A stretch of DNA of 64,000 nucleotides from Gallionella sp. (GTDB taxonomy: Bacteria > Pseudomonadota > Gammaproteobacteria > Burkholderiales > Gallionellaceae). Position 1 is the first letter of the stretch; each line of letters starts with the position of its first letter. The stretch lies in NCBI GenBank assembly GCA_024641025.1, contig JAHEDW010000004.1:617-64616 (forward strand). The letters run 5' to 3'. This document shows, in pieces, positions 51,316 through 60,988 of this stretch. Both the position numbers and the translations under genes were made by a program. The notes under the pieces were generated by a model. It was not told the DNA's origin and did not search any database. It saw nothing but the letters and a program-made list of their open reading frames with translations.

Positions 51316-51747
51316 CTAGGCACTATTCTTTGAAAAGCTCATCAATAACCTGATTGCGTTTGTCTTATTGTTTAATGCAATCGACTTGTCGAGCTTCCCA
51401 CCGAAAACCTCAATAAACCCCGGCAACTGATCGGGAGAACTGCTTTCGAGATTCTCAAATCCCATGCTCCAATCCGGAAAATCCCTCACAGGAATTTCCA
51501 CTTCACGAAGTATTACATGACCTTCGTTTCTGGGGTCGTTCCGAATTGCATCATACAGACCGTGTACGTCCTTAGATTCCCCTTCTAGAACCTGCAAATA
51601 TGTACCATTACTATATAACAGCATCCCAGTAATATTTTTGCGTTGATTGCTTAACCTTGCTTGCTCAAGGAGATCTACCAACTCGGCTTCGCTTGGCCTG
51701 TTCGCAGAAGTACTGACGTATATAAGTTGTATCATAAATATCCCCAA
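51316..51747 (-). CDS. Short BLUF-domain blue-light (FAD) photoreceptor
   Basis: LIYVS (conserved Tyr), ITGMLLY, YLQVLEG (conserved Gln), AIRNDPRN and DWSMG (Trp/Met) are all present. There is only a ~45-aa C-terminal extension and no output domain. An alternative start MIQLIY lies at 51735. Confidence 0.88.
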   Translation of the reverse strand: MGIFMIQLIYVSTSANRPSEAELVDLLEQARLSNQRKNITGMLLYSNGTYLQVLEGESKDVHGLYDAIRNDPRNEGHVILREVEIPVRDFPDWSMGFENLESSSPDQLPGFIEVFGGKLDKSIALNNKTNAIRLLMSFSKNSA

Positions 51748-51859
51748 AGAATTTCAAGCCTTGAGAAACAACAAGGGACTTCTTCATTTTCACAATATGC
51801 TGTTGTCTATTGTAGCTTCAAGCTCAATTTGTGTTGGCATTACCGTTCGATTTGCATTC

Positions 51860-52846
51860 TTACTGGCTCGCAAAAGCTTTTCGCCCATAAATGAATGATA
51901 CGAGAATAATCAGGGTCACGATCCATGCCAAAATATAGATTACCATTGCACGCTTGGCTTTCTTTTTTTCCCACCAAGTGCGTGGTCGGATACCTTTGAA
52001 GAAGAACACCACCTTGATTGCCAGATTAACGCAAACCACATTGATAGCAAGCAGCAAACCTGCGCCGAAGGCAAGGTTGACATCACCCAAACCTAGCATG
52101 ATGCCGAGTGCTACTGCAGGAGGAAGCAGGGCAACCGCCACCATCACACCTACTAGCACACTAGACAAACCTGTGGTCAGAGAAAGCGCTGCTGCCGCGC
52201 CCGATGCTAACGCCAAGGCTACAGAATCCAGCCCAACCTCGGTGCGCGCGACCAATTCCGGGCTCGATACATCGAATGGCCAAAATATTCCAATTCCAAC
52301 TGACAAAGTCACCGCGATCACTATTCCAACTGAAGTCGTCAACGCCGACTTCTGCATCAGGGAAATATCACCCAAGGCAGTGGCTAGACCGAAAGCAAGG
52401 TTCGGTCCAAGCAGTGGTGCTATCACCATCGCGCCGATCACAACTGCCACATTGTTTTCGATAAGGCCTATTGCAGCAACAATAGTGGACAATACGACTA
52501 GGATCGTAAAATTCAGATCGAGACGTGCATTTTTTTCAACTCCTTCATAGAGAGCTTCACGGGCTTCAATCGCAGCGTCCTCTTCCTTGCGCTCCTGTGC
52601 TGTAGGTGTTGGAAGCACTATTTCCACTGGTAAGACGGCAACGCGCGCGGATGGCTGTGAATTTAGAATTTTCTGTAGGGAATCAAGCACAGACTGTAAC
52701 TTATCGTCAGCAACAAGCAACCGCATCGCTCTCATACCATCCTTACCTTCTTCTCCATGCCTAAAGTCAGAAGCGTCGTGTTGTTCGGCGATTGCAGATA
52801 CCGTATCGATATTTCCCTTGTCAGTAACGATTTCAACGTATTTCAT
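51860..52846 (-). CDS. TIGR00341/DUF389-family membrane protein
   Basis: Soluble N-terminal ~100 aa followed by a Gly/Ala/Val-rich polytopic domain typical of DUF389. Confidence 0.7.
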   Translation of the reverse strand: MKYVEIVTDKGNIDTVSAIAEQHDASDFRHGEEGKDGMRAMRLLVADDKLQSVLDSLQKILNSQPSARVAVLPVEIVLPTPTAQERKEEDAAIEAREALYEGVEKNARLDLNFTILVVLSTIVAAIGLIENNVAVVIGAMVIAPLLGPNLAFGLATALGDISLMQKSALTTSVGIVIAVTLSVGIGIFWPFDVSSPELVARTEVGLDSVALALASGAAAALSLTTGLSSVLVGVMVAVALLPPAVALGIMLGLGDVNLAFGAGLLLAINVVCVNLAIKVVFFFKGIRPRTWWEKKKAKRAMVIYILAWIVTLIILVSFIYGRKAFASQ

Positions 52847-52950
52847 GTTCAGCCTTGCCCTCGCTAGTAAACACTTTGCAAATTAACTCAGGGAAATTCT
52901 GCCAAATAAAAGAGTCAGAGTTATAGGAGTCTTAGCGCTTGCTAGATCAT

Positions 52951-54063
52951 TCAGATCATCGACTCGGCAGTTTGAAATTCATACCCGAACGCTTCAGCGA
53001 CCTTTTTGTGGGTAATCTTTCCTGAAATGATGTTGAGGCCTTTTAAAAGTGCCGAGTCCTCCTTGAGTGCCTCAATGCATCTTGTTCTAGCCAATTTCCT
53101 CACATACGGTAATGTCGCATTAGTCAGTGCCAATGTGGCAGTTACCGGGACACCTCCTGGCATATTAGCAACACCATAATGCACGATGTCATCGACGATG
53201 AATGTGGGGTTCTCATGCGTTGTCGGACGCATCGTTTCGACGCAACCACCCTGATCGATCGAGACATCTACGATTACTGCACCTGCGCGCATATTCTTGA
53301 GATCTTCCCGGCGAATCAGTCGTGGCGTAGTAGCACCATGTACAAGAACAGCACCGATTACCAGATCCGCTGTAGCGATCTGCTTTTGCAGTGTATGCCG
53401 GTCCGAAAAGACCATCTGCACATTCGCAGGCATCACATCATCAAGGTAGCGCAATCGCTCAAGGGAAAGATCCAGGATGAAAACGTTTGCACCCATCCCG
53501 GCAGCAATCCTTGCCGCATTTGACCCGACCACTCCTCCACCAAGTATCACGACCTTGGCGGGTGGCACGCCCGGTACTCCACTTAGCAACATGCCGCGTC
53601 CACCGTAAAGTTTTTCCAGATATTTTGCGCCCTCCTGTACCGCCATGCGCCCGGCAACTTCAGACATTGGTGTCAATAACGGTAATTCACCAGAAGGCAA
53701 CTCTACGGTTTCATACGCGATACAAGTAGCACCTGAAGCAATGTGCGCTTTTAGGAGTTGCTCACTTGCCGCAAAATGATAATAGGTAAAGATGGTTTGG
53801 CCGGACTTGATGGACTGCCACTCTGGCTCGATTGGTTCCTTAACCTTCACGACCAATTCGGCTGCTGCCCAAACCCCATCTGCTTTTTCAACAATCTGAG
53901 CGCCGGCTGCTTGGTATAACGCATCACTAAAGCCGCTGCCTGACCCAGCTCCAGCTTCGATAATCACGGTGTGGCCATCCGTAACCAAAGCAGCCGCACC
54001 TGCAGGAACTACCGCGACTCGGTTTTCATTGGTTTTGATTTCTTTGGGAACACCTACGATCAT
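52951..54063 (-). CDS. ald: Alanine dehydrogenase
   Basis: MIVGVPKEIKTNENRVA N-terminus, VVILGGGVVG Rossmann motif and VDVSIDQGG motif. Confidence 0.93.
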   Translation of the reverse strand: MIVGVPKEIKTNENRVAVVPAGAAALVTDGHTVIIEAGAGSGSGFSDALYQAAGAQIVEKADGVWAAAELVVKVKEPIEPEWQSIKSGQTIFTYYHFAASEQLLKAHIASGATCIAYETVELPSGELPLLTPMSEVAGRMAVQEGAKYLEKLYGGRGMLLSGVPGVPPAKVVILGGGVVGSNAARIAAGMGANVFILDLSLERLRYLDDVMPANVQMVFSDRHTLQKQIATADLVIGAVLVHGATTPRLIRREDLKNMRAGAVIVDVSIDQGGCVETMRPTTHENPTFIVDDIVHYGVANMPGGVPVTATLALTNATLPYVRKLARTRCIEALKEDSALLKGLNIISGKITHKKVAEAFGYEFQTAESMI

Positions 54064-54139
54064 GATTCGACCTTTTCAGCAAGTCTGGTTAAATACCTGA
54101 AACAACCGCTCAGCAAAGTGAATCCGCAAATCTTTCAGG

Positions 54140-55027
54140 TCAAGTTGCTGCCAATACTCTCGCAACTGTTTCGCCCATAGATGATGGAGTCTGGCAGATG
54201 GTAGCGCCCAACTCTTTAAGCATCGCAACTTTTTCAGCAGCGCTTTCGCCCTCTGATGAGATGATCGCACCTGCATGGCCCATTCTGCGCCCCTGTGGCG
54301 CAGTTAATCCCGCAATATAAGCGACTAGCGGTTTCTTCATGTTTTCTTTGGCAAAGATACCTGCTTCGATCTCCTGCTGCCCTCCGATCTCACCTATCAT
54401 CAGTACCACTTTGGTTTCGCTATCTTCGGCGAATCTTTCCAGAACGTCACGGTGCGAACTCCCGTTAATCGGGTCACCACCTATGCCGACCGATGTAGAA
54501 ACACCAATACCTAGCGCCTTCAACTGATCGGCAGCTTCGTATCCAAGCGTACCCGACCGGCCAATGATACCGACATTCCCAGGCTTGTAGATGTGGCCAG
54601 GCATGATGCCAAGCATCGCCTTTCCCGGACTAATTGTGCCGGCACAGTTGGGGCCAGTCAGCATCATGCGTGCTTCCTTGGGTACACGGCGCAGAAAATT
54701 CTTCACAGTCATCATATCCTGGGTTGGGATGCCATCAGTGATGGCCACGCAGTATTTTATTCCTGCATCAGCAGCCTCCATGATCGAGTCCGCCGCAAAC
54801 GCGGGTGGCACGAAAATGATACTTGCTTCGGCCCCAACTTCATGTACCGCCTGTTTTACGGTGTTGAAAACCGGCAAACCCAAATGTCGCTGCCCACCCT
54901 TGCCTGGCGTTATTCCGCCAACGACATTGGAACCATAATTGATCATGTCCTGTGCATGAAAACTACCAATCTTGCCTGTAAAGCCCTGCACGATTATGCG
55001 TGTGGATTTGTCTATCAGTATAGCCAT
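54140..55027 (-). CDS. mtkB: Malate--CoA ligase (malate thiokinase) alpha subunit; SucD paralogue
   Basis: SucD-fold with the phosphohistidine loop MGHAGAI. It aligns closely with my recollection of Methylobacterium MtkB and is adjacent to mtkA and mcl. Confidence 0.8.
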   Translation of the reverse strand: MAILIDKSTRIIVQGFTGKIGSFHAQDMINYGSNVVGGITPGKGGQRHLGLPVFNTVKQAVHEVGAEASIIFVPPAFAADSIMEAADAGIKYCVAITDGIPTQDMMTVKNFLRRVPKEARMMLTGPNCAGTISPGKAMLGIMPGHIYKPGNVGIIGRSGTLGYEAADQLKALGIGVSTSVGIGGDPINGSSHRDVLERFAEDSETKVVLMIGEIGGQQEIEAGIFAKENMKKPLVAYIAGLTAPQGRRMGHAGAIISSEGESAAEKVAMLKELGATICQTPSSMGETVARVLAAT

Positions 55028-56220
55028 TACGTGTTACCTCTACTCTCTCTGGCGACCACTTCGTTACGCGCCTTGACTGCTTTCTCAGCCGCATCTGCCA
55101 ATGTCTCTGCCATGATGATCGGCAAACCACTTTCTGTAATGATGCGCCTTCCCGCTTCGACATTGGTACCAGACAAGCGCACGATCAACGGGACTTTCAT
55201 GTCAATGTTACGGACCGCATGGACAACGCCTTCGGCTATCCAATCACAGCGATTGATGCCAGCAAATATATTTACCAACATCGCTTTTACGCCTTTGTCA
55301 GCCAATACCAAGCGGAATGCCTTTTCAGTGCGATCTGCAGATGCGCCCCCGCCAACGTCCAGAAAGTTGGCAGGCTCGCCACCAGCTAGCTTGATCATGT
55401 CCATCGTAGCCATCGCCAAACCTGCGCCATTGATCATACAACCGATGTCTCCATCCAATCCGATATAGCTCAGGTCATGATCAGCCGCAGCCACTTCGCG
55501 CGGGTCAATCTGGCTTTTGTCGCGCAATTCGAAGATCCGGTGTCGGCGAAAGAGCGCATTTGCATCAAAATTCATTTTTGCATCGATCGCAATCAATTCG
55601 CCCTTACGGGTGAAAACCAGAGGATTGATCTCCAGCATGCTTGCATCAAGGTCGCGCACAGCCCGATAGCAACCTTTTATCGTCTTGATTGCATGGTTCA
55701 AGTGCGAGTTTTCAATTCCCAAAGCAAAAGCCATCTTGCGCGCCTGAAAGTCCTGTAGGCCAACCGCCGGTTCGATATAAATCCTCTTGATCTTCTCAGG
55801 ATTAGTTTGGGCCAACTCCTCAATCTCCATCCCGCCCTCTGCGCAGCCAACCATGACGATGCGCTCTGCACTCCGATCGACCAGGATACAAAAATACATT
55901 TCACGAGCGATATCCGTCGCAGCTTCAACATAGACCCTGGAACAGACCTTGCCCGCTGGACCAGTCTGCTTCGTGATTAGCGTCTTGCCAAGCACCTCCT
56001 GAGTGAAAGCCTCGACCTCCGCGTGCGAACTGCACTTCTTGATACCGCCAGCCTTGCCTCGTGCCCCAGAATGAATCTGGGCCTTTACCACCCAGACATC
56101 GCCGCCGATCTCCCTGGCCCGTTGAACCGCTTCTTCCGGACTATGCGCCAGTCCGCCTTCAGCGATTCTGACTCCATATTCCGAAATAATCTCTTTTGCC
56201 TGGTATTCATGAATATCCAA
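55027..56220 (-). CDS. mtkA: Malate--CoA ligase (malate thiokinase) beta subunit; SucC paralogue
   Basis: ATP-grasp N-terminus [27 protein letters not shown] matches the MtkA form FAGINRCDW rather than the SucC form FGGIVRCD. ATGA-type overlap with mtkB. Confidence 0.82.
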   Translation of the reverse strand: MDIHEYQAKEIISEYGVRIAEGGLAHSPEEAVQRAREIGGDVWVVKAQIHSGARGKAGGIKKCSSHAEVEAFTQEVLGKTLITKQTGPAGKVCSRVYVEAATDIAREMYFCILVDRSAERIVMVGCAEGGMEIEELAQTNPEKIKRIYIEPAVGLQDFQARKMAFALGIENSHLNHAIKTIKGCYRAVRDLDASMLEINPLVFTRKGELIAIDAKMNFDANALFRRHRIFELRDKSQIDPREVAAADHDLSYIGLDGDIGCMINGAGLAMATMDMIKLAGGEPANFLDVGGGASADRTEKAFRLVLADKGVKAMLVNIFAGINRCDWIAEGVVHAVRNIDMKVPLIVRLSGTNVEAGRRIITESGLPIIMAETLADAAEKAVKARNEVVARESRGNT

Positions 56221-56257
56221 AACTATCTCCCCTTAAAACTCTTTGCTTGCGTTTAAA

Positions 56258-57205
56258 CTACTTTTTCGCGGCGATAGCTTCTGCGGCCTTGACCACATTG
56301 CTGGCCATCCGTGCCGATGCGGCATCGATCATTCGGCCGTCCAATGACGCTGCGCCCTTACCTTGTGCAGCAGCCTCTTTCAGAGCAGCGAGAATGCGTT
56401 GGGCTTTGTCGACTTCCGCTGCAGGTGGGGTAAACACCTCATTGGCGAGACCAACCTGTGATGGGTGAATTGCCCATTTTCCCTCGACTCCTAGCGCGGC
56501 AGCACGCCTTGCGGCAAGCAAGAAACCATCCGGATCCTTGATATCGCCGAACGGCCCATCGATTGGACGCAAGCCGTAGGCACGGCAAGCAACAGTCATA
56601 CGACTTATAGCAAAGTGCCACTGATCCCCCGGATAATCGGGATTAAGTCCTCCGATGTTGGTGGTTCTAGCTCGGTTACTAGCCGCATAGTCGGCAACAC
56701 CAAAGTGGAGGGCTTCTAGTCTTCCGGCTGAACCATTTCTTGCGATTTCCTCGACATTTGCCATACCCAATGCAGTCTCGATAAGCGCTTCGATACCGAT
56801 CTTATTTTTCAACCCTTGCTGCGCTTCTAATTGGTTTAGCATCGCTTCAACCATGTACACATCAGCATGAACACCAACCTTTGGAACTAGAAGCGTGTCT
56901 ATCTTGCTACCAGCCTGCTCGACCAGATCGACCACGTCTCGAACCATGTACTGGGTATCCAAGCCGTTGATGCGGACTGAAAGCGTGATTCCGTGGGATT
57001 TCCAGTCGAGATCGTTAATCGCCTGGATAATGTTCTTACGTGCCTGAATCTTGTCGTCTGGTGCAACGGCATCTTCAAGATCAAGAAAGACAAAGTCTGC
57101 GCCGCTCTTCAGCGCTTTTTCGAACATACCTGGATTCGAACCCGGTACGGCCAGTTCGCAACGCTGCACACGTTGAACGGAGGCCTGATATAAGGTGTGG
57201 CTCAT
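56258..57205 (-). CDS. mcl: L-malyl-CoA / beta-methylmalyl-CoA lyase (HpcH/CitE family)
   Basis: CELAVPGSNP..FEKA, FLDLEDAVAPDDK, RINGLDT, ACRAYGLRPIDGPFGD and GKWAIHPSQ are near-identical blocks to Methylobacterium MclA as I recall it. Confidence 0.88.
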   Translation of the reverse strand: MSHTLYQASVQRVQRCELAVPGSNPGMFEKALKSGADFVFLDLEDAVAPDDKIQARKNIIQAINDLDWKSHGITLSVRINGLDTQYMVRDVVDLVEQAGSKIDTLLVPKVGVHADVYMVEAMLNQLEAQQGLKNKIGIEALIETALGMANVEEIARNGSAGRLEALHFGVADYAASNRARTTNIGGLNPDYPGDQWHFAISRMTVACRAYGLRPIDGPFGDIKDPDGFLLAARRAAALGVEGKWAIHPSQVGLANEVFTPPAAEVDKAQRILAALKEAAAQGKGAASLDGRMIDAASARMASNVVKAAEAIAAKK

Positions 57206-57467
57206 TTATTTTCCCTGAGTAGTTTAGTTTTTGCGGCTCGTTGCCGGAGGCAAGATAGTAACCAATCCGGAAATAAGGTCAATCTATATAAAACCAAGTT
57301 CGTTAGTACAATACTACTGATAAAGAAACTTCAATCACTTACGATTCCCAGATTTACTTATCCATGCCGAGCGATGTGCCAGTAAACGCGGCATAATTAT
57401 AAAATTATCGTGGAAGTATTGAACGTAACTCGCAATGAAAATCTCCACAATTAATTGATTCGAAAAT

Positions 57468-58616
57468 ATGTCACTGCACACTATCACCATTCCGTCTGAC
57501 GGCAGTATGAGCCCCAAGGCATGGTATAAGGGTGTCCGTGTGCTGCCCGGCTTCGTCGACGATGCAGCACAGACTGCTGCTATCGATGAACTGGACACGC
57601 TATGGCATCAGTTGGTCGATTTCAAATCCAGACGCAATCAATTTCTGGGACGCAGCCTGCTCAGCCCGGATGTACCCAAGGGCTTGTATCTTTGGGGCGG
57701 CGTGGGTCGTGGCAAGACTTTCCTGATGGATATGTTCTACGCTTGCCTTCCCTACAGACGTAAACGCCGCATACATTTTCACAATTTCATGGCCGAAGTA
57801 CATCACGAGATGAAGCGGTTGTCTGGGGAAAGGGACCCGCTGATCGCCCTGGCCGACCAGATTGAAAAATCCACCCGTTTGCTGTGCATTGATGAGTTCC
57901 ACGTCGACGACATCGCCGATGCGATGATACTGGGCCGGTTGATCAAAGCTATATTTTCGCGCGGCGTAGTGCTGATCACCACCTCCAACTATCCTCCCGA
58001 CGGCCTGTATCCTCACGGCTTGCAACGGCAGAATTTCCTTCCCGCGATTTTCCTGCTCAAACACGAACTGAAAGTCTTGCATATCGACAGTAGCAACGAC
58101 CACCGTCTGCGAAAAACAGCCCGCGAACCGGTGCTTCTGATTTCCGACAATGACACAAGCGCTGCAGCAAATGAGACCCGAATGTGCACATTATTCGAAT
58201 TGATCGCTGCCGGGACAGGAGGCAGCGAAAGGCATGTTGAAATTCGGGGTCGAGATATACCTGTAAAAATGCTCGCGGGAAATGTTGTATGGTTCGACTT
58301 CAAGGAACTATGTGGGGGCGCTCACGCGCAAGAAGACTACCTACAGATCGCTCACCAATTTCCCACAATATTCCTGTCACACATCCCGCGCATGTCCGTT
58401 GACCATGCAGCCGAGGCAAGGCGTTTCACTTGGCTGATCGATGTTCTTTACGATAATCATGTCAGGCTGGTAGCATCAGCTGCAACATCTCCGGATGAGC
58501 TGTATACAGAAGGGATGATCTCCGGAGATTTTTCACGGACTGCCAGTCGCTTGGCTGAGATGCAGACCCAATATTACCTGCAATCACCGCACCATTCGCA
58601 AGGTGTGAAATTGTAG
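57468..58616 (+). CDS. zapE: Cell division protein ZapE (AFG1-family ATPase)
   Basis: Walker A GGVGRGKT, Walker B LLCIDEFHV and overall AFG1 architecture. Confidence 0.88.
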   Translation: MSLHTITIPSDGSMSPKAWYKGVRVLPGFVDDAAQTAAIDELDTLWHQLVDFKSRRNQFLGRSLLSPDVPKGLYLWGGVGRGKTFLMDMFYACLPYRRKRRIHFHNFMAEVHHEMKRLSGERDPLIALADQIEKSTRLLCIDEFHVDDIADAMILGRLIKAIFSRGVVLITTSNYPPDGLYPHGLQRQNFLPAIFLLKHELKVLHIDSSNDHRLRKTAREPVLLISDNDTSAAANETRMCTLFELIAAGTGGSERHVEIRGRDIPVKMLAGNVVWFDFKELCGGAHAQEDYLQIAHQFPTIFLSHIPRMSVDHAAEARRFTWLIDVLYDNHVRLVASAATSPDELYTEGMISGDFSRTASRLAEMQTQYYLQSPHHSQGVKL

Positions 58617-58631
58617 TGCCAATTATGTATT

Positions 58632-60662
58632 TCACAATGGCGAGATCAGCACGCTCTCCCGCAATTTTTTCAAATGGTCGCGCAATTCGGTAGCGCGTTC
58701 AAATTCAAGATTTTTTGCTGCCTGCAACATTTCCTTTTCCAACCGGGTTATTTCCTTGGCGACCTCTTTTTCGCTCATCGCCAGGTATTTCGCCTGTTCC
58801 TTTGATTCCATGAGTTGGTCGCGAGCGGCTTCCGGTTCGTACATGCCTTCGATGATGTCCTTGATACGCTTTTTCACGCCAATTGGTGTTATGTTATGGG
58901 CAAAGTTGTAGTCAACCTGCTTTGTGCGGCGTCGTTCAGTCTCGTCGATTGCGCGCTTCATCGAATCGGTGATCTTGTCAGCATACAAGATGGCCTTACC
59001 GTTGATATGACGCGCTGCACGTCCTATGGTCTGGATAAGTGAGCGCTCGGAGCGCAAAAATCCTTCCTTGTCAGCATCAAGAATAGCCACAAGTGACACC
59101 TCTGGAATGTCCAACCCTTCACGTAGTAGGTTGATGCCAACCAGCACGTCGAACATGCCTAGACGCAGGTCACGAATGATTTCGACTCGCTCGACAGTCT
59201 CTATATCTGAATGAAGATAGCGAACCTTGATTCCATGCTCAGAAAAGTATTCAGTCAGGTCTTCAGCCATACGCTTGGTCAACGTAGTAACAAGGACACG
59301 CTCACCCTGCTCCACGCGCAGATTGGCCTCGGACATAAGGTCGTCTACCTGATTGGCAGCGGGGCGCACTTCAATCTGTGGATCGATTAATCCGGTCGGG
59401 CGCACCACCTGCTCGACTACTTGACCGGCGTGCTCTGCTTCATACTTAGAGGGCGTGGCAGAAATAAATACGGTCTGGCGCATCACCTTTTCGAATTCGT
59501 CGAAACGCAATGGGCGGTTATCCATCGCCGAAGGGAGACGGAAACCATAGTTGACTAGGTTTTCCTTCCGCGCACGATCTCCCTTGTACATGCCGCCGAT
59601 CTGAGGAATAGTGACGTGGCTTTCGTCGATGAACATAAGAGCATTGGGTGGCAAATAGTCAATCAGCGTCGGCGGAGGCTCCCCCGGCTTGCGTCCGGAG
59701 AGATGGCGCGAATAGTTCTCGATACCTTTGCAAAATCCGATCTCGTTTAGCATCTCAAGATCATGACGTGTACGTTGCTCGATACGTTGTGCTTCAACGA
59801 GTTTGTTCTCCCGCTGGTAGAACGAAATCCGTTCTGAAAGCTCAACCTTAATGGTTTCCAGGGCGGCTAGAACGGTGCTGCGTGGAGTAACGTAATGACT
59901 AGAAGGATAAACGGTGTATCGCGGTACCTTTTGCACGATATGTCCGGTGAGAGGATCAAACAAGGATAGGGATTCCACTTCTTCGTCAAATAACGTCAAT
60001 CGAAGCGCGTATTCGCTACTTTCCGCGGGGAAAATATCAATCACATCACCGCGGACTCTAAATTTTCCTCGTGAAAAATCGATTTCGTTGCGCTCGTACT
60101 GCATCTCTACCAGACGCTTGATCACATCGCGTTGCTGCATCTTTTCGTTGTGACGCAGATGAAGAATCATGCCGTGATAATCAACAGGATCACCAATACC
60201 GTAGATTGCGGAGACGGTCGCAACGATTACTGCATCTTCACGCTCTAGTAGGGCTTTAGTAGCAGACAACCGCATCTGCTCAATCTGCTCGTTTATGCTT
60301 GAATCCTTCTCGATATAAACGTCTCGAGAGGGTACATAGGCTTCGGGCTGATAATAGTCATAGTAGGAAACAAAATATTCGACAGCATTTTCCGGCAGAA
60401 AATCGCGCATTTCAGAATATAGCTGGGCCGCCAGCGTTTTGTTAGGGGCCATAACCATTGCCGGTCGTCCCAGTTGTGCGATGACATTGGCCATAGTGAA
60501 TGTTTTTCCCGAACCGGTCACACCGAGCAGCGTCTGAAACGACAGGCCATCGTGGATTCCCTCAACTAACTGAGCGATAGCCGCAGGCTGATCGCCTGCC
60601 GGTTCGAAAGGCTGATGGAGGGTGTAGGGGCTGTTGGGAAAGGTTTTAATCACTGATATCAT
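58632..60662 (-). CDS. uvrB: Excinuclease ABC subunit B
   Basis: [14 protein letters not shown] and a C-terminal UVR domain (..[11 protein letters not shown]..). The start MISVIKTF at 60662 is preferred over the track start at 60692. Confidence 0.97.
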   Translation of the reverse strand: MISVIKTFPNSPYTLHQPFEPAGDQPAAIAQLVEGIHDGLSFQTLLGVTGSGKTFTMANVIAQLGRPAMVMAPNKTLAAQLYSEMRDFLPENAVEYFVSYYDYYQPEAYVPSRDVYIEKDSSINEQIEQMRLSATKALLEREDAVIVATVSAIYGIGDPVDYHGMILHLRHNEKMQQRDVIKRLVEMQYERNEIDFSRGKFRVRGDVIDIFPAESSEYALRLTLFDEEVESLSLFDPLTGHIVQKVPRYTVYPSSHYVTPRSTVLAALETIKVELSERISFYQRENKLVEAQRIEQRTRHDLEMLNEIGFCKGIENYSRHLSGRKPGEPPPTLIDYLPPNALMFIDESHVTIPQIGGMYKGDRARKENLVNYGFRLPSAMDNRPLRFDEFEKVMRQTVFISATPSKYEAEHAGQVVEQVVRPTGLIDPQIEVRPAANQVDDLMSEANLRVEQGERVLVTTLTKRMAEDLTEYFSEHGIKVRYLHSDIETVERVEIIRDLRLGMFDVLVGINLLREGLDIPEVSLVAILDADKEGFLRSERSLIQTIGRAARHINGKAILYADKITDSMKRAIDETERRRTKQVDYNFAHNITPIGVKKRIKDIIEGMYEPEAARDQLMESKEQAKYLAMSEKEVAKEITRLEKEMLQAAKNLEFERATELRDHLKKLRESVLISPL

Positions 60663-60928
60663 TCGTGCAAAACAACTTGTGAAGTCTAACACGTTGACTA
60701 GAATAATCGTTGTGCCGAAATAATGGCATGGCCATTTTGGCTTCGAACAAGAGGTACGTCATCCGTTTGATAGTTTTCTGCGAATTAGCAAAACATTCAG
60801 ATAGATAACAATAAACTATCCGACTTCAGCTACCGCCTTCAGCCTTGAATAATTTGCTGGGTTTTGAGAATATTGAAAACAATGAAGAATATCCCACCCT
60901 TGAACCCATATTTGGGTATCAGGTGTCA

Positions 60929-60956
60929 TTCACACTTTCAGTGGCAAGAGTATAAT
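60929..60956 (+). promoter_or_regulatory. Putative sigma-70 promoter of the aminotransferase gene
   Basis: TTCACA (60929-60934), a 16-nt spacer, then TATAAT (60951-60956). It lies about 30 nt upstream of AAGGAA-N5-TTG at 60989. Confidence 0.4.
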
Positions 60957-60988
60957 TCCAGCCTCCATTCAACCAGCAAGGAAATATC

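Noticed and set aside
54593-55468. 291-codon plus-strand ORF
   Set aside because: It lies entirely antisense to mtkB/mtkA, whose products have unmistakable SucD/SucC-family motifs. Its translation is low-complexity and Ala/Ser/Pro-rich with no recognisable domain. It is a typical shadow ORF.
55027-56220. Calling the ligase pair ordinary succinyl-CoA synthetase (sucCD)
   Set aside because: The beta subunit carries FAGINRCDW rather than the SucC-type FGGIVRCD. The pair is directly downstream of a near-canonical malyl-CoA lyase, which favours malate thiokinase. A phylogeny is still needed.
60693-60988. LexA/SOS box upstream of uvrB
   Set aside because: No CTG-N10-CAG or CTGT-N8-ACAG palindrome is present in the uvrB-aspC intergenic region. 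The nearest CTG...CAG pair is 17 nt apart.
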